Shown here: piece after piece, positions 10,274-20,202 of the stretch
Numbering within the stretch: position 1 is the stretch's first letter
How the letters are laid out: each line of letters starts with the position of its first letter
Assembly (NCBI GenBank): GCA_934141575.1
Contig: CAKPCJ010000002.1
Span: forward strand, 3,899 to 67,898
Reading direction: 5' to 3'
Length of the DNA stretch: 64,000 bases
Source of the DNA: an uncultured Bacilli bacterium
Lineage (GTDB): Bacteria; Bacillota_I; Bacilli_A; RF39; UBA660
The notes under the pieces: model-generated
The model's database searches: none
What the model was told of the DNA's origin: nothing
The model's input: the letters and a program-made list of their open reading frames with translations, nothing else
Position numbers and translations under genes: made by a program

Positions 10274-11986
10274 TTATTTTTGGAGTATCTGATAATATTT
10301 ATTAGTCTCCATTAATTCTGAGTGCATACCTCTTCCAACTAATTTACCATTATCAATTACGATTATATCATCTGCGATCTTCATTAATTGCGGTTTATGA
10401 GTTATCATCAATATAGTGTGATCTTTCTTTAAACCCTTTAATATTTTCATTATATGTTTTGATGTAGCAATATCTAAATTAGAAGTAACTTCATCAAAAA
10501 GCAATATTTCTGACTTTGAAAGTAAAGTTCTAGCAAGCGCTATTAACTGTTTCTGACCACTTGAAATATTTTCAGCATTCTTAGTAAGCTTTGTATTATA
10601 ACCATCAGGCAAACTCATAATAAAATCATGTATTCCTACCCTCTTACAAGCAGCAACTTGATTATCTTTATTAGAATCTACTAAATTCAAATTTTCCCTT
10701 ATGCTCATATCGAATATAAATGGTTTCTGAGTAACAATTGATACATTTGACGAATAAACATCTTGAGAATATTCATAAATGTCAACACCATCTATTGTAA
10801 TATTGCCACTAGTTGCCTTATATAACCTAAGTAATAATCTAAAAATTGTACTTTTACCACTACCGCTTTTACCAACAATAGCTGTTAAAGTATCAGGTGC
10901 AATATCAAAACTAACATTTTTTAATGTCTGTTTATTTTCATATGTGAAATTTACATTATCAAAAGAAATATATCCATATATATCATCATTAGCATTTTTC
11001 CCAAATTCCAACATATTTGAAGTTTTATAATTTAATATTTTAGCTATTCTTCTAATTCTTACTGAATAAGAGCCTAAATCATTTAACTTCTTATACAAAT
11101 TCTTATTTTTAGATACAACCTCATCATAATAACCAATTGATAGAATCAACATAGAAACATCATAATGACCACCTATTATTAAAAATATAGAAAAACAATA
11201 AATAAAGATTTTACCAATTCCAAGCAGCATTGGAAGTATAACGGAAACTATATCGTTATATTTTCTTTTTAAAACATATACAGATTTCCACTCACTTTTA
11301 TAATCCTCTAAATATTCAGTTATGTGAGAATCCATATTAAAAGTTTTTATTTCCGTATTACCATCCATAACTTGACCTAAAAGAGAAGATATTTTATCTT
11401 GAGATTTTCTCTGAAGAGATAGATAATAATCTCTTTTTTTCATATTTTTAGTAACTAAATAAAGATTTAATAAACTTAGTACTATAGTAAATATTCCCAT
11501 AAATATATTTACCTTAAAAAGAATAACAATTGATATTAAAACACTTAATGAATAGTTAAGAGAATCAAATATCAAGTCAGGTATACATTGAACTTTTCCA
11601 ATATCATTAAACGCAGTATTAATTAAAAATGACGTAGAAATATCTTTAGAAAAGTTCTCATCAAAAAAAGTAACTTTTTTCATAACCTTTTGCTGCAAAA
11701 TATTATGTGTATAATTAGCATCCAGTGCATATGCAACGTAATTAAAATGATATGACAAAGTATATATTACAAAACTTAATGTCAAAAATATTAAACTAAG
11801 GAAAGCATTATTATAATCACCAACAGTAACATGCTTAACTATTAATGATGCAAAATATGGTAATAACAAAATAGTAACATTTGATAAAACAGAAGTTATA
11901 TACAAAAATACTAAATATTTTTTTTTATTAGCACCCAAACTAAAATATTCTTTAGCAATATCATAATATCTCTTAAACATTGTCAA
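10274..11986 (-). CDS. ABC exporter, fused permease/ATPase (heterodimer partner with consensus ATPase site)
   Basis: 570 aa. 6-TM domain followed by an NBD with Walker A GKSGSGKST, signature LSSGQKQLIALARTLL, Walker B ILLFDEVTS and H-loop MITHK. Confidence 0.85.
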   Translation of the reverse strand: MTMFKRYYDIAKEYFSLGANKKKYLVFLYITSVLSNVTILLLPYFASLIVKHVTVGDYNNAFLSLIFLTLSFVIYTLSYHFNYVAYALDANYTHNILQQKVMKKVTFFDENFSKDISTSFLINTAFNDIGKVQCIPDLIFDSLNYSLSVLISIVILFKVNIFMGIFTIVLSLLNLYLVTKNMKKRDYYLSLQRKSQDKISSLLGQVMDGNTEIKTFNMDSHITEYLEDYKSEWKSVYVLKRKYNDIVSVILPMLLGIGKIFIYCFSIFLIIGGHYDVSMLILSIGYYDEVVSKNKNLYKKLNDLGSYSVRIRRIAKILNYKTSNMLEFGKNANDDIYGYISFDNVNFTYENKQTLKNVSFDIAPDTLTAIVGKSGSGKSTIFRLLLRLYKATSGNITIDGVDIYEYSQDVYSSNVSIVTQKPFIFDMSIRENLNLVDSNKDNQVAACKRVGIHDFIMSLPDGYNTKLTKNAENISSGQKQLIALARTLLSKSEILLFDEVTSNLDIATSKHIMKILKGLKKDHTILMITHKPQLMKIADDIIVIDNGKLVGRGMHSELMETNKYYQILQK

Positions 11987-13718
11987 ACACTCCTATTCTA
12001 CTTGGTGATTTTCTAGATTGTAACATTTGATATATTTCATTATTTTGCATTAAATCTTTATGTTTACCTTTACCAACTATTTTTCCTTTATTTAAAACAA
12101 CTATTTCATCAGCACATTTCATAAGCTCTGGTTTCTTAGTAACAAGTATTATAGTATGATTTCTCTTTAATTCTTTTAAAATCGAAGGAACAAGTTTAGC
12201 CGTATCAGGATCAAGTGATGTAGTTATATCATCAAAAATAAGAATCTCTGACGTTGATAAAAGAGTTCTAGCAATAGATATAAGTTGCTTTTGACCACCA
12301 GATATATTATTTGCGTTTTCTCTTAATACTGTATCATATTGTTCAGGTAAACTCATTATAAAGTCATGCATTCCCACTTTTTTACAAGCCTCAACCTGAT
12401 GTTCTACATTAGTATCAACAAAATTCAAATTTTCCCTTATACTCATATTAAATATAAATGGTTTTTGATTTACAACAGATACATTTGACGAATATACTTC
12501 TTTAGTATAATCATATATATTTACATCATCTATATAAATATTACCCTCAGTTACCTTATTAACTCTAAGCAAAAGATTACAAAGAACAGTTTTTCCACTT
12601 CCAGCCTCTCCTACAATTGCAACGACTGTATTTTTATTTACTTTAAGATTAATATTTTTCAATATAGCTTTATCTTTATACTTAAATGACACATTTTTAA
12701 ATTCTACAATTCCTTCTATATCATCAGTGTTATTATCGCCATATTCAATATTAGTATTATATTTATAATTTAGTATTTGATTAACTCTGCATACAGCTAT
12801 ATTAACCTCTCTTATTGTAGTTGTAGAAGATATCAAATCATCTAAATATGAAACTAGATTTTCATGATACGCTATTATAAGAACTAAAACATCTATCGTA
12901 GTATTTCCCTTAATCATTGATAAAAGTAATATTATATAAAGAACAATTCTAAAGAAATATGTTATGAACTTTACATCACTATACATTACAGTACAATATT
13001 TTCTTCTTTTTAAATAATTTTTAGAAAATGTTTTCTGAATATAATTAAGTTTATTTTTTAATTTTTCAAATATATTAAATGTTTTTATTTCTTGTAACCC
13101 TGATATAATTTGTCCAAGCAAACTGCTATATTTATCATCACAAGAAACAACTTTCTTCTGATAATGTGCCACTTTTCTATCAGCCCTGTTTCTTACTGAT
13201 ATATAAATAATAGAATATAAAAGCATTATAGATGCAAAATACGGACTATACATAAATACTATAACTAGCACAGCAAGTACTTGGATAATTGTTGTAAACA
13301 ATTCTGATATCTGATCAGCCATATCACCTATATCAACAACATCACTATTAATACTATTCATTATTCTTTCTTTTGAAAATAATCTAGAAAAATTATTATC
13401 AACATTCAAAAGTTTATTTAAAATTTTAGATTGAATTGTTGTATAACAATATCTCATGTTATAACCATATATCTTATAATTAGCAAATAAACTAATATTG
13501 TAAAGAATATATGTTATAAAAAATAAAAACAAGCTTATGTATGACATATATATATCAGCGTTTGTAACATATTTAACAATTAATGATGAAAAATAGGGTA
13601 ACAAAAGATTCAAAGATTTATAAAATACAGCAGTAATTATTGTTATTACTAAATATTTTCTTTTCATCTTTGTTAATTTAAAATAATCTTTTAAAAACTT
13701 ATAATACTCTCTTATCAT
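11973..13718 (-). CDS. ABC exporter, fused permease/ATPase (heterodimer partner with degenerate Walker B)
   Basis: 581 aa. Walker A GEAGSGKT, signature ISGGQKQLISIARTLL, and Walker B ILIFDDITTS where the catalytic Glu is replaced by Asp. It overlaps the downstream ABC gene by 14 nt. Confidence 0.85.
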   Translation of the reverse strand: MIREYYKFLKDYFKLTKMKRKYLVITIITAVFYKSLNLLLPYFSSLIVKYVTNADIYMSYISLFLFFITYILYNISLFANYKIYGYNMRYCYTTIQSKILNKLLNVDNNFSRLFSKERIMNSINSDVVDIGDMADQISELFTTIIQVLAVLVIVFMYSPYFASIMLLYSIIYISVRNRADRKVAHYQKKVVSCDDKYSSLLGQIISGLQEIKTFNIFEKLKNKLNYIQKTFSKNYLKRRKYCTVMYSDVKFITYFFRIVLYIILLLSMIKGNTTIDVLVLIIAYHENLVSYLDDLISSTTTIREVNIAVCRVNQILNYKYNTNIEYGDNNTDDIEGIVEFKNVSFKYKDKAILKNINLKVNKNTVVAIVGEAGSGKTVLCNLLLRVNKVTEGNIYIDDVNIYDYTKEVYSSNVSVVNQKPFIFNMSIRENLNFVDTNVEHQVEACKKVGMHDFIMSLPEQYDTVLRENANNISGGQKQLISIARTLLSTSEILIFDDITTSLDPDTAKLVPSILKELKRNHTIILVTKKPELMKCADEIVVLNKGKIVGKGKHKDLMQNNEIYQMLQSRKSPSRIGVFDNV

Positions 13719-13787
13719 AAAACTCTCCCACTATTATAGCCATTATACCACACAGTTCGACAAAAAAAAATAAAAGACAATCTGCTC

Positions 13788-14756
13788 TTACTTTTTCTTA
13801 TCAAATGTACTATTATATGGATTATCTCTTTCCAATTTAAATTTTTTACCATTTAAAATTGCGGAAACAATCAGATTAGAACATACCTTTTTTCTAAATT
13901 CTTCTACTTTTTCTCTATCATCACACCTTGAAAAAATTTGATACAACTCAACCTGTAGTTTAGTAGATAAAATAAGACCTAACGTTAAATTATTATTATA
14001 ATTACATAATTTATCCGTTTCAGTAATAATTTGAAGTGCCTCTTCATGAGTAGCGTACTTTTCTAATTGCTTTATAACTCCCAAAAGATTAGCATTAAAA
14101 TATAAATGCTGCATATCTTTTGGATCTTCAAAAAAGCACTCCAAAAGCTTTACAATTTTAACAAGTTCATAATATCCACAGACAAGATTATGGTTAAAAT
14201 ACCTAGAAGCAAGCAACTCAGTATATCCTTCATTAATTCCTCTTCCAATTCCATTCCATGAATTATTAACAAACATACAGTGATCAAAACCGACTAATGA
14301 ATATCCATAAACATACGGCAATGAAGAAGCAGCATGTAATAACTCATGAGAAAGAGCATATGAAAAAGAATAATAAATCGAATGATCTGGATTCCTATAA
14401 AAATTAGAAAATTTATCCGATAGCGGAACAGAATCATTAAAGAAACTATTAATCTTAACAACTGCTAAATTCCTTGAGATATTATCAAAATCCTCCTTTG
14501 ATACATTTTTACCAATAACATCTAAAAATTTTCTTATAACCTTTGGCTTATTACAAACACTTAATTTATCACGATTACTATTATTTCTAATAAAATTTAC
14601 AGAATCATCATCAAGTATAAATTCTTCTCTATTTGTTTTATCTAAAGCATAATTTTTTAAGGTATTTTTAATACTGCTAAATAAATCAAGAGATAAAACA
14701 ATTGCCACCCATTCACCAGATTTTAAAATATTTTCAATAATTTCTTGCACAACCAA
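13788..14756 (-). CDS. Cytoplasmic zinc-metallopeptidase-like protein (gluzincin/thermolysin-type HExxH...GxNExxxE motif)
   Basis: 322 aa, no signal peptide. HELLH at about aa 137, followed about 35 aa later by GRGINEGYTELLAS. Compare thermolysin HELTH...GGINEAISD. Confidence 0.5.
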   Translation of the reverse strand: MVVQEIIENILKSGEWVAIVLSLDLFSSIKNTLKNYALDKTNREEFILDDDSVNFIRNNSNRDKLSVCNKPKVIRKFLDVIGKNVSKEDFDNISRNLAVVKINSFFNDSVPLSDKFSNFYRNPDHSIYYSFSYALSHELLHAASSLPYVYGYSLVGFDHCMFVNNSWNGIGRGINEGYTELLASRYFNHNLVCGYYELVKIVKLLECFFEDPKDMQHLYFNANLLGVIKQLEKYATHEEALQIITETDKLCNYNNNLTLGLILSTKLQVELYQIFSRCDDREKVEEFRKKVCSNLIVSAILNGKKFKLERDNPYNSTFDKKK

Positions 14757-14792
14757 TCACCGTAAAAATATTAACATACTTCAAAAAATATT

Positions 14793-15161
14793 TCAACAAA
14801 TATTACATTGTCTCTTTATCCATAAAATTATAATTCCAACAACATAATCTATTTGATTATCTGTTAATTTAATATTTGGACTTATTCCATACCACTTATA
14901 AAGACATCCTCTACAACATGTTGCAGTAGCGTGCTGTGCTATAAAAACAGGATGTCCCTTCATTGGGGTTTGTTTTCCATCGTTTTGAATTATTGCTGGT
15001 GCCAACCTCTTTATTATAAAATCATATGCATGTTTTTCTATCACATCAATTCCTTTTTCTAACACATAATCTTTATACTTTTGTCCTAATTTAAAACTAC
15101 TTCTAAATTTTGATTTAGAAAGTTTTTCTAATTGTTCTTCCATCAAATCTCTCCTATCCAC
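14793..15161 (-). CDS. Small Cys-rich protein, DUF4186-like
   Basis: 122 aa with the motif HPVFIAQHATATCCRGCLYKWYGI and a C-terminal CNIC. The pattern is recalled as characteristic of DUF4186, from memory and unverified. Confidence 0.4.
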   Translation of the reverse strand: MDRRDLMEEQLEKLSKSKFRSSFKLGQKYKDYVLEKGIDVIEKHAYDFIIKRLAPAIIQNDGKQTPMKGHPVFIAQHATATCCRGCLYKWYGISPNIKLTDNQIDYVVGIIILWIKRQCNIC

Positions 15162-15320
15162 ACTTACAATATTAACACAAATATAGTTTAAATTTTTTTG
15201 TTTGCAATTTTATTAAAAAATTGTAACATTTAACAAAGATTATAACATATATTTATTAATAACAAGTATTGTAAAATAATATAGCTATATGCTACAATAC
15301 ACTGCAAAGGAGAAATAACA

Positions 15321-15971
15321 ATGTCAAAAGAAGAAAACGTATTAAATTATTACGTTATGTGTAATAAACTAAAAAATATCATAAGAACAGGATGGAAAAA
15401 ATGGAATGTGCAAAGAGAAAGAATCGAAAGCGTTGCAGAACATGTATATGGCGTTCAAATGCTCGCACTTGCAATGAAATCTGAATACAAATATGATATT
15501 GATATAATGAAAGTAATATTAATGCTATCTATACATGAATTAGGTGAAACCATTATTGGAGATTTAACTTTATTCCAAATAGATAAAAAAGAAAAAGAAA
15601 AAATAGAACATGCAGCTGTTCATAATATTTTAAGTTCTCTATTAGACGGCGAACAAATAGAAAAGCTTTTTATTGAATTTGATGAACAAAAAACAAAAGA
15701 AGCAATTTTTGCATATCAATGCGATAAATTAGAATGCGATTTACAGTGCAAACTATACGATGAAGAAAGTTGTGTAGATTTAACAAAACAACCTGAAAAT
15801 GATATAATTAATAACGAAAAAATTAAAGATTTATTAGAATGCAATAAGTCTTGGTCTAGAATGTGGTTAAAGTTTGGACAACAAATTTACCCATATGATA
15901 ATAATTTTATGGCTGTTTCAAACTATGCACTAAATAATTCAATAGCAAAGATTAAAGTATATAATAAATAG
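15321..15971 (+). CDS. HD-domain phosphohydrolase, YfbR-like 5'-deoxynucleotidase family
   Basis: 216 aa. HD motif ESVAEHVYGVQMLA...HELGETIIGD, typical of the HD_3/YfbR family. Confidence 0.7.
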   Translation: MSKEENVLNYYVMCNKLKNIIRTGWKKWNVQRERIESVAEHVYGVQMLALAMKSEYKYDIDIMKVILMLSIHELGETIIGDLTLFQIDKKEKEKIEHAAVHNILSSLLDGEQIEKLFIEFDEQKTKEAIFAYQCDKLECDLQCKLYDEESCVDLTKQPENDIINNEKIKDLLECNKSWSRMWLKFGQQIYPYDNNFMAVSNYALNNSIAKIKVYNK

Positions 15972-16021
15972 CAGGTTACACTACATAATAAAAACCAATG
16001 AATGAATAATCATTGATTTTT

Positions 16022-16753
16022 TTATCTTCTAAAATAATCTATTGGCTTCCTAACAGATCCTAATTTTTTTGAAAGTTCATGTACAACTTCAGTGTTTTCA
16101 TCAATTTTAATTTCTGATAGTTCAGCTATCTTTTGAACAATATCCAAGTAATACATCTTAAAAGTTTTATAATCTAGCTTGCGAACTATACAATCTAAAC
16201 AAATATCTCTAAATAAAGTTAATAATTCTCTTTTATTATGAGTTTTTAAAACATCCTCAGGTAATTTTGTTAAATTAAAGCAATCAGGATCAATAATAAC
16301 TATAGAATTCTTGCCAAGAATTGCATTCTCACGTTTAACATCATGAACTATTATTGAATGTTTTGTAAATATTTCAAACAATGCTTCAAGTTCTTTAAAA
16401 TTATCAATAAGATAATCAATCTCCATTTCCAAAACATTTACAGAATCATTAGGGTAATACTTCGCTGTATATGCATCAATATGAAACTTAGAAATACTCA
16501 TTTTATAAGTAAAAAGTGTAAGCAATGTCATATCACTATAAACATCATAAAGTTCAACTAAATGGGGATTATCTATACATTTCAATGTGTCAAAAATTGA
16601 CTGTTTTAATCTATATCTAGATTCTGTTTCAAAATAATATTTTTTAAGCATTATATGCCCATCAGTAAATATTTTTCCACAATCACCATGATTTACATAT
16701 ATCATTAAATCCATATCAATTTTTGCTTTTTCACAATTTCTATCATATAACAT
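16022..16753 (-). CDS. Mini protein-kinase-like protein
   Basis: 243 aa. Gly-rich segment NHGDCGKIF with downstream Lys (MLKKYY); catalytic-loop-like IIVHDVKRENAIL (compare HRDLKPENIL); DFG-like VIIDPDCF. Confidence 0.45.
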   Translation of the reverse strand: MLYDRNCEKAKIDMDLMIYVNHGDCGKIFTDGHIMLKKYYFETESRYRLKQSIFDTLKCIDNPHLVELYDVYSDMTLLTLFTYKMSISKFHIDAYTAKYYPNDSVNVLEMEIDYLIDNFKELEALFEIFTKHSIIVHDVKRENAILGKNSIVIIDPDCFNLTKLPEDVLKTHNKRELLTLFRDICLDCIVRKLDYKTFKMYYLDIVQKIAELSEIKIDENTEVVHELSKKLGSVRKPIDYFRR

Positions 16754-16811
16754 AACTACAATTACTCCTTAATAACAAAGTATTATATCACACAATATAT
16801 AAAAAACAACT

Positions 16812-17513
16812 TTAGTTACTAATGTATTTATAATACTTAGATAAAAATGGTAAGCTATTCTCAACAAACGCAATATTTCTTTCAATCATAAACATTAATA
16901 TTTTATTAGCGTTAACAGAATCATTATATTGTAACATCGAAATTTTGCTAGGAGCTATATTAATATTAAAAAAAGTGTGCATATTCCAAGGCTCTTGTTT
17001 AGAGTTATTTACGTTACTATCATATGAATATATATATTTTAATTGATTTCTTGAATACTTTTGATTTTTAACTTCATCTATATCATCATATGAAAAATCC
17101 TTTCCCTCTTCCAAATTTAAAACTAAAAAAACACTATTTTCCAAAATATTTTTTAGTTTTTTTATAGCATAATTTATCTTACTATCTCGTTTTATCCAAT
17201 TTTTAAATATAGTATCAACTACAATTCTTGGAAAACAGGGATTAGTCATGCAAAATATTCCACATCTATATATAAAAGTATTTTTTGGTCTTAAAATAAG
17301 CCACTTAATCCAAGCATCCATCAATATCAATACATTTTTTTCACCAATAGAAAAAAATACCTTTCTACTTTTCTCTATTCCTTTTGAATTTTTACCTATT
17401 CTTGGTTCTAGTCCGTTTCTAAAAATTGATTGTATATTAGAAGAATTTGTATAATGAAAAAATGAAGATTCCAAATCAATTTCACTAACCTGTTTAAATC
17501 TTATTTCATCCAC
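16812..17513 (-). CDS. Hypothetical protein with DarT/ADP-ribosyltransferase-like N-terminal motif
   Basis: 233 aa. The N-terminus FFHYTNSSNIQSIFRNGLEP matches the aromatic-H-aromatic-T...N-L-x-S-I-L-x-x-G-L pattern of DarT (DUF4433) and related H-Y-E ART folds. The rest is unassigned. Confidence 0.3.
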   Translation of the reverse strand: MDEIRFKQVSEIDLESSFFHYTNSSNIQSIFRNGLEPRIGKNSKGIEKSRKVFFSIGEKNVLILMDAWIKWLILRPKNTFIYRCGIFCMTNPCFPRIVVDTIFKNWIKRDSKINYAIKKLKNILENSVFLVLNLEEGKDFSYDDIDEVKNQKYSRNQLKYIYSYDSNVNNSKQEPWNMHTFFNINIAPSKISMLQYNDSVNANKILMFMIERNIAFVENSLPFLSKYYKYISN

Positions 17514-17541
17514 TATACATCACCAATCAACATTATAGCAT

Positions 17542-18201
17542 TTATTTAACTTTTATTGAATCAATAAAATTAGATAAAGTAGAATACGAAATAGTTTTAC
17601 CACAAATATCATTAATAATACTTTGATTTAACATTTTAGTTACTAAATAATCTTCTAACTTCTTTGACAATGGCTTCAATATAAAATCTGGATATATAAG
17701 TTCCAAGATAATATTTAAATACAACCTGAGTACAAACGCTAATCTTTCCTTTTTAGAATCATTAGCGATTTCTGTTGTATAAGTATCTAAATCTACTATT
17801 TTTGCATCGTTGCCACTAACAAGAATACCATCAATATTAAAATCCATGGGATAAATTTCATTATTAGTTAGCTCTTCTAAATTTTTTAATACTAATTTTA
17901 TAATACTAATTTTAGTTTTATTCGATAATTCAGTTAAACTAGACAAAGTTTTATATTCTTCAAAATAAGGAATTTGTACACCAGCAAGCTTATCATTTTC
18001 CAAAATAATGCCAGTTGGTAACACAGTACCTTTAAGATTACGTTGTTTTGAAGTCAAGCATAATAAATGATATATACTACTTACATTATTGGTATTATAT
18101 AACTTATATAAGTCATTACCAACTATATAAAGTTTAGATTCAGAGCCACAAAAATCATGTTTCTTTAAATCAAAATTTTCATTTAATTGAATAAAATTCA
18201 T
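17542..18201 (-). CDS. Hypothetical kinase-like protein (paralogue-like to 16022..16753)
   Basis: 219 aa. Gly-rich CGSESKLYIVG and a Lys in LYKLY; catalytic-loop-like YPMDFNIDGILV and IVDLD (compare HGDLHPGNIL...DFG). Weak. Confidence 0.3.
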   Translation of the reverse strand: MNFIQLNENFDLKKHDFCGSESKLYIVGNDLYKLYNTNNVSSIYHLLCLTSKQRNLKGTVLPTGIILENDKLAGVQIPYFEEYKTLSSLTELSNKTKISIIKLVLKNLEELTNNEIYPMDFNIDGILVSGNDAKIVDLDTYTTEIANDSKKERLAFVLRLYLNIILELIYPDFILKPLSKKLEDYLVTKMLNQSIINDICGKTISYSTLSNFIDSIKVK

Positions 18202-18263
18202 AATAAAACCCCTTACAAAAATTTGTAGAGGTTATACTAACACTTTAAAATAAATATGTCAAA

Positions 18264-18629
18264 TTAAACATTTTCAAACAATAATCTAATTTGCTCACTA
18301 TCATCATTAAAACTAATTAACTCTTCTTTTTCAACTTCTACTATATATTTAATAAAATACTTATCATTTACATGATAATAGTACAACTTATCGTACATAC
18401 TATCAAAGTTTGCACAAGATGAAGTTATTTCTTCAATATCATAAACTTTTCCTATATTATCCAATTTTTGCAAATAATCTCTATTAGGAATCTCACTACT
18501 ATTACCATTACTATCAAAAACTAAAAAATATCTCTTGTATTTGCTGCCATCGATTTTATACTGTAAAAATTTTTCGTTAAATATATACTCATCAATAATA
18601 GAATATTTGTAATTCTTTTCATATATCAT
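18264..18629 (-). CDS. Hypothetical protein
   Basis: 121 aa ORF, first gene of the four-gene minus-strand string next to tRNA-Leu. No recognisable motif. Confidence 0.35.
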   Translation of the reverse strand: MIYEKNYKYSIIDEYIFNEKFLQYKIDGSKYKRYFLVFDSNGNSSEIPNRDYLQKLDNIGKVYDIEEITSSCANFDSMYDKLYYYHVNDKYFIKYIVEVEKEELISFNDDSEQIRLLFENV

Positions 18630-18719
18630 ATAATATTCATCACCATCTAACTAAACAAAAAGCTAACTACAACTAGTTAGCATTTATAAGTAAGCCTAAA
18701 AATAAGCATTAAACCATAA

Positions 18720-18804
18720 TGGTGCCCATAGTCGGACTCGAACCGACATGAATTTCTTCGCACGATTTTGAGTCGTGTGCGTCTACCAATTCCGCCATAC
18801 GGGC
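18720..18804 (-). tRNA. tRNA-Leu (anticodon CAA)
   Basis: Reverse complement: GCCCGTATGGCGGAATTGGTAGACGCACACGACTCAAAATCGTGCGAAGAAATTCATGTCGGTTCGAGTCCGACTATGGGCACCA. Cloverleaf with anticodon loop CUCAAAA, long variable arm, GGTTCGAGTCC T-arm and encoded CCA. Confidence 0.9.
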
Positions 18805-18845
18805 ATATAGACATTATAACATAAGATATTATAAATTGCTATACT

Positions 18846-19427
18846 TTATTGAACGATTTCCTCAATTTCTTCTTTATACTTAGTATCAAATATAGAACTT
18901 TCAACAGCTTCACTAACAACATTATCAAATTTTGGAAGTTCATCTTTACTTGCCAAATTAAAATAATCCAAGAATTTATCTGTTGTTTTATAAAGGTTTG
19001 GTCTTCCAGGAAGTTCAGATTTACCAGCTTCGCATATCAACCCTTTAAGTACCAATTTTCTAACTAACTGGCTACTACTAACTCCCCTTATTTGATCAAC
19101 TTCTATCCTAGTAACTGGTTCATTATACGCTATCACTGCTAATGTCTCAAGCGCTGCCTGTGATAAAGTATTACTTGTTGCCTCTACTAGTTTCTTATAA
19201 TATGAAGCATATTCTTTTTTTGTAACAAGTTTATATTTATTTCCTAAAAACACTAAACTTATACCTCTATTTTCATTATTATAATCTTTAGAAAGTTCAT
19301 CTATAATTTCTGTAACAATATCATCAGAAACATCTAAAACTTCACATATTTCTTCTTTTGATAATCCCTCATCGCCAACTATAAATAAAAGTCCTTCCAA
19401 AATTGGCTTAAACTTCATTATTACCAC
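18846..19427 (-). CDS. scpB: Segregation and condensation protein B
   Basis: 193 aa. N-terminal ILEGLLFIVGDEGLSKEEI winged helix and overall ScpB pattern; downstream of, and overlapping, scpA. Confidence 0.9.
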   Translation of the reverse strand: MVIMKFKPILEGLLFIVGDEGLSKEEICEVLDVSDDIVTEIIDELSKDYNNENRGISLVFLGNKYKLVTKKEYASYYKKLVEATSNTLSQAALETLAVIAYNEPVTRIEVDQIRGVSSSQLVRKLVLKGLICEAGKSELPGRPNLYKTTDKFLDYFNLASKDELPKFDNVVSEAVESSIFDTKYKEEIEEIVQ

Positions 19428-20148
19428 CCTTTTTCAAAATTAGTATTTGATCAAAATTTGCATCCTGTTTTATTTCCAAACTAGATTCTTTAGCCATCTC
19501 AAGTATAGTTAAAAATGTTACTACAACATAATCCTTAGTCATAATATCAAAAAGTTCATCAAAATAAACCCTTTTCTTTTTTTCTAAGATACTTGCTACT
19601 TGTTTTTTTCTCTCAACTACAGATATTTCTTTTTTAGATATATACGTATTAAGAGGCCTATTTAATTGTTTCTTGTTAAGTAATTCTTGAAAAGCCTGAA
19701 TTAATATATTAACATCTTTGCTATTTTCAGGATCTATTATTTCATCTTCAATATATTCTTTCATATCATCCGGTTGCTTAGTAAATATAAAGCTTCTAGT
19801 TAGTTCTAAATCTCTAAATTTTGTACTCATCTCTTTATACTGTTTATATTCGACTAATCTTTTTATCAATTGTTCTTTGGGATCTTCTATATACTCATCA
19901 TTATCATCAACTGCCGTTTGTTTTGGAAGCAACGATCTTGATTTCATTTCTATTAGCTCAGCTGCCATAACTAAATAAGTAGATGCTATTGTTAAATTTA
20001 ACTCTTGCATTTTTTCAATGTAATCCATATACTGAGTTACAACTCTTTCTATTGATATGTCATAAATATCTATGTCATCTTGTTTTATTAAATGAAGTAA
20101 CAAATCAAGAGGCCCCTCAAATTCATCTATCTTAACAGTATAATCCAT
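19408..20148 (-). CDS. scpA: Segregation and condensation protein A
   Basis: 246 aa. N-terminal FEGPLDLLLHLIKQDDIDIYDISI is the kleisin ScpA signature. Confidence 0.9.
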   Translation of the reverse strand: MDYTVKIDEFEGPLDLLLHLIKQDDIDIYDISIERVVTQYMDYIEKMQELNLTIASTYLVMAAELIEMKSRSLLPKQTAVDDNDEYIEDPKEQLIKRLVEYKQYKEMSTKFRDLELTRSFIFTKQPDDMKEYIEDEIIDPENSKDVNILIQAFQELLNKKQLNRPLNTYISKKEISVVERKKQVASILEKKKRVYFDELFDIMTKDYVVVTFLTILEMAKESSLEIKQDANFDQILILKKGGNNEV

Positions 20149-20202
20149 ATAAATACCTCAAATCTACATATAATTATATCAAAAAATACCACTTAAATGG
20201 TA

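Noticed and set aside
15199-15228. Imperfect inverted repeat ttgcaatttt...aaaattgtaa in the divergent promoter region between the HD gene and the DUF4186-led operon
   Set aside because: It has one mismatch and lies in very AT-rich DNA where such dyads occur by chance. Noted as a possible operator but not supportable from sequence alone.
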